A stretch of DNA of 64,000 bases, from positions 12,400,001 to 12,464,000 of the forward strand of contig CM069150.1 in NCBI GenBank assembly GCA_035221665.1. Reading direction: 5' to 3'. Below, one piece after another: positions 63,057-64,000 of the stretch. The notes under the pieces are model-generated. The model did not search any database. It was not told where the DNA came from and saw only the letters and a program-made list of their open reading frames with translations. A program made the position numbers and the translations under genes. The DNA is from Okamejei kenojei (taxonomy: Eukaryota). Each line of letters begins with the position of its first letter. The first letter of the stretch is position 1.

Positions 63057-64000
63057 CATTATGAACATGTACCCAAAAATGAACTTTGATTCACCCCAGG
63101 TTGCAGTGTTGGACACTGCTCTGCTGCACAAAGTGACCAGAATAATGCAGGGATCAAGTGATGGATTGTCTTCCCTTTTTGGGAGTGAGGCACACAACTA
63201 GGCTGACCATAGTCATAGTCATACAGCATGGAATCAGGACCTTCAGCCCAACTCATTCACACTGACCTTGATGCCCCATCCAAGCTATTCCCAATTGAAG
63301 GTGCCTGGTCCATATTCCTCAAAACCTTTCATATCCATGTGCCTGTGCAAATGTTTTCTAAATGTTATTCTACTTCCCCGACTACTTAATCCAGTGGTTA
63401 ATTCCATATATCCACCACCCTCTGTGTCAAAACGTTTACCCTCGGGTTTCTATTAAATCTTTCTCCTCTCACCTTAAACCTAGCTCTTCCCCGGCCTGGG
63501 GGAAAAAACTGTGCATTTGCCTTATGTATTTCTCTCATTATTCTCTACGTCTCTAGAGGATCACTCTCAGCCTCCTATGCTCCAAGGAGTAAAGTCCTCA
63601 CAGTAAAGTAAGAGAAATATGAATTGAGGACCTTGCCCATCTCCTGCAGCTCCACAAGTAGATGGCCACTTTGGTATCTGAGGGGCCCTATTCTCTCTCC
63701 AGATAACATTAAAAAAAAAACAAACATATCTTGGGATTTTCCTTAATCTTATTTGCCAGAGATATATCATTGCCCCCCCCGGTCTGGATTACTTTCTTAA
63801 ATATGCTCCTGATTTCCTTATACTCCCCCGGGAAACACGGGATCCCAGTTCCCTATGCCTCACCCATGCCTCCTCCTTTTTGTGACCAGAGCCCTAATCT
63901 CTCTCTTCATCGAAGGTTGCTTAATGCTACTTGCCATGCCCTTCACTCTAGCAGCAACATGCATACCGTGAACTCTCACTATCCCACTTTCCAAATGTAC

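Overview
Eukaryotic, repeat-rich vertebrate DNA. It is most likely a skate or ray (inferred from HE1-like SINEs, abundant CR1 LINEs and Penelope termini) and has one assembly gap (19756-19913). Two host genes are recognisable, arranged tail-to-tail as in mammals: bcl2l1 (Bcl-xL; + strand; coding exons 28617-29085 and 52853-52993, separated by a 23.8-kb intron) and the last two coding exons of cox4i2 (- strand; 62167-62298 and 54973-55109). The main anomaly is that bcl2l1 coding exon 1 is not one reading frame. The BH4 helix (frame 0, 39 codons) ends at CTT-TGA (28731-28736), while the loop, BH3, BH1 and BH2 lie in the +1 frame. This is either a candidate +1 'shifty-stop' recoding site or an indel (assembly error or real allele). 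The Bcl-xS alternative donor is conserved exactly 189 nt upstream of the xL donor. The rest is nested mobile DNA: CR1, L1/Tx1, RTEX, RTE and Rex1 LINEs, Penelope-like elements with hammerhead ribozyme motifs, non-autonomous Helitrons, Harbinger/hAT MITEs, solo LTRs, and a TIR element carrying a decayed Spin/Ssty(Tudor)-like exon and a (TTAGGG)4 patch. Repeat boundaries are approximate unless a TSD or TIR is quoted.
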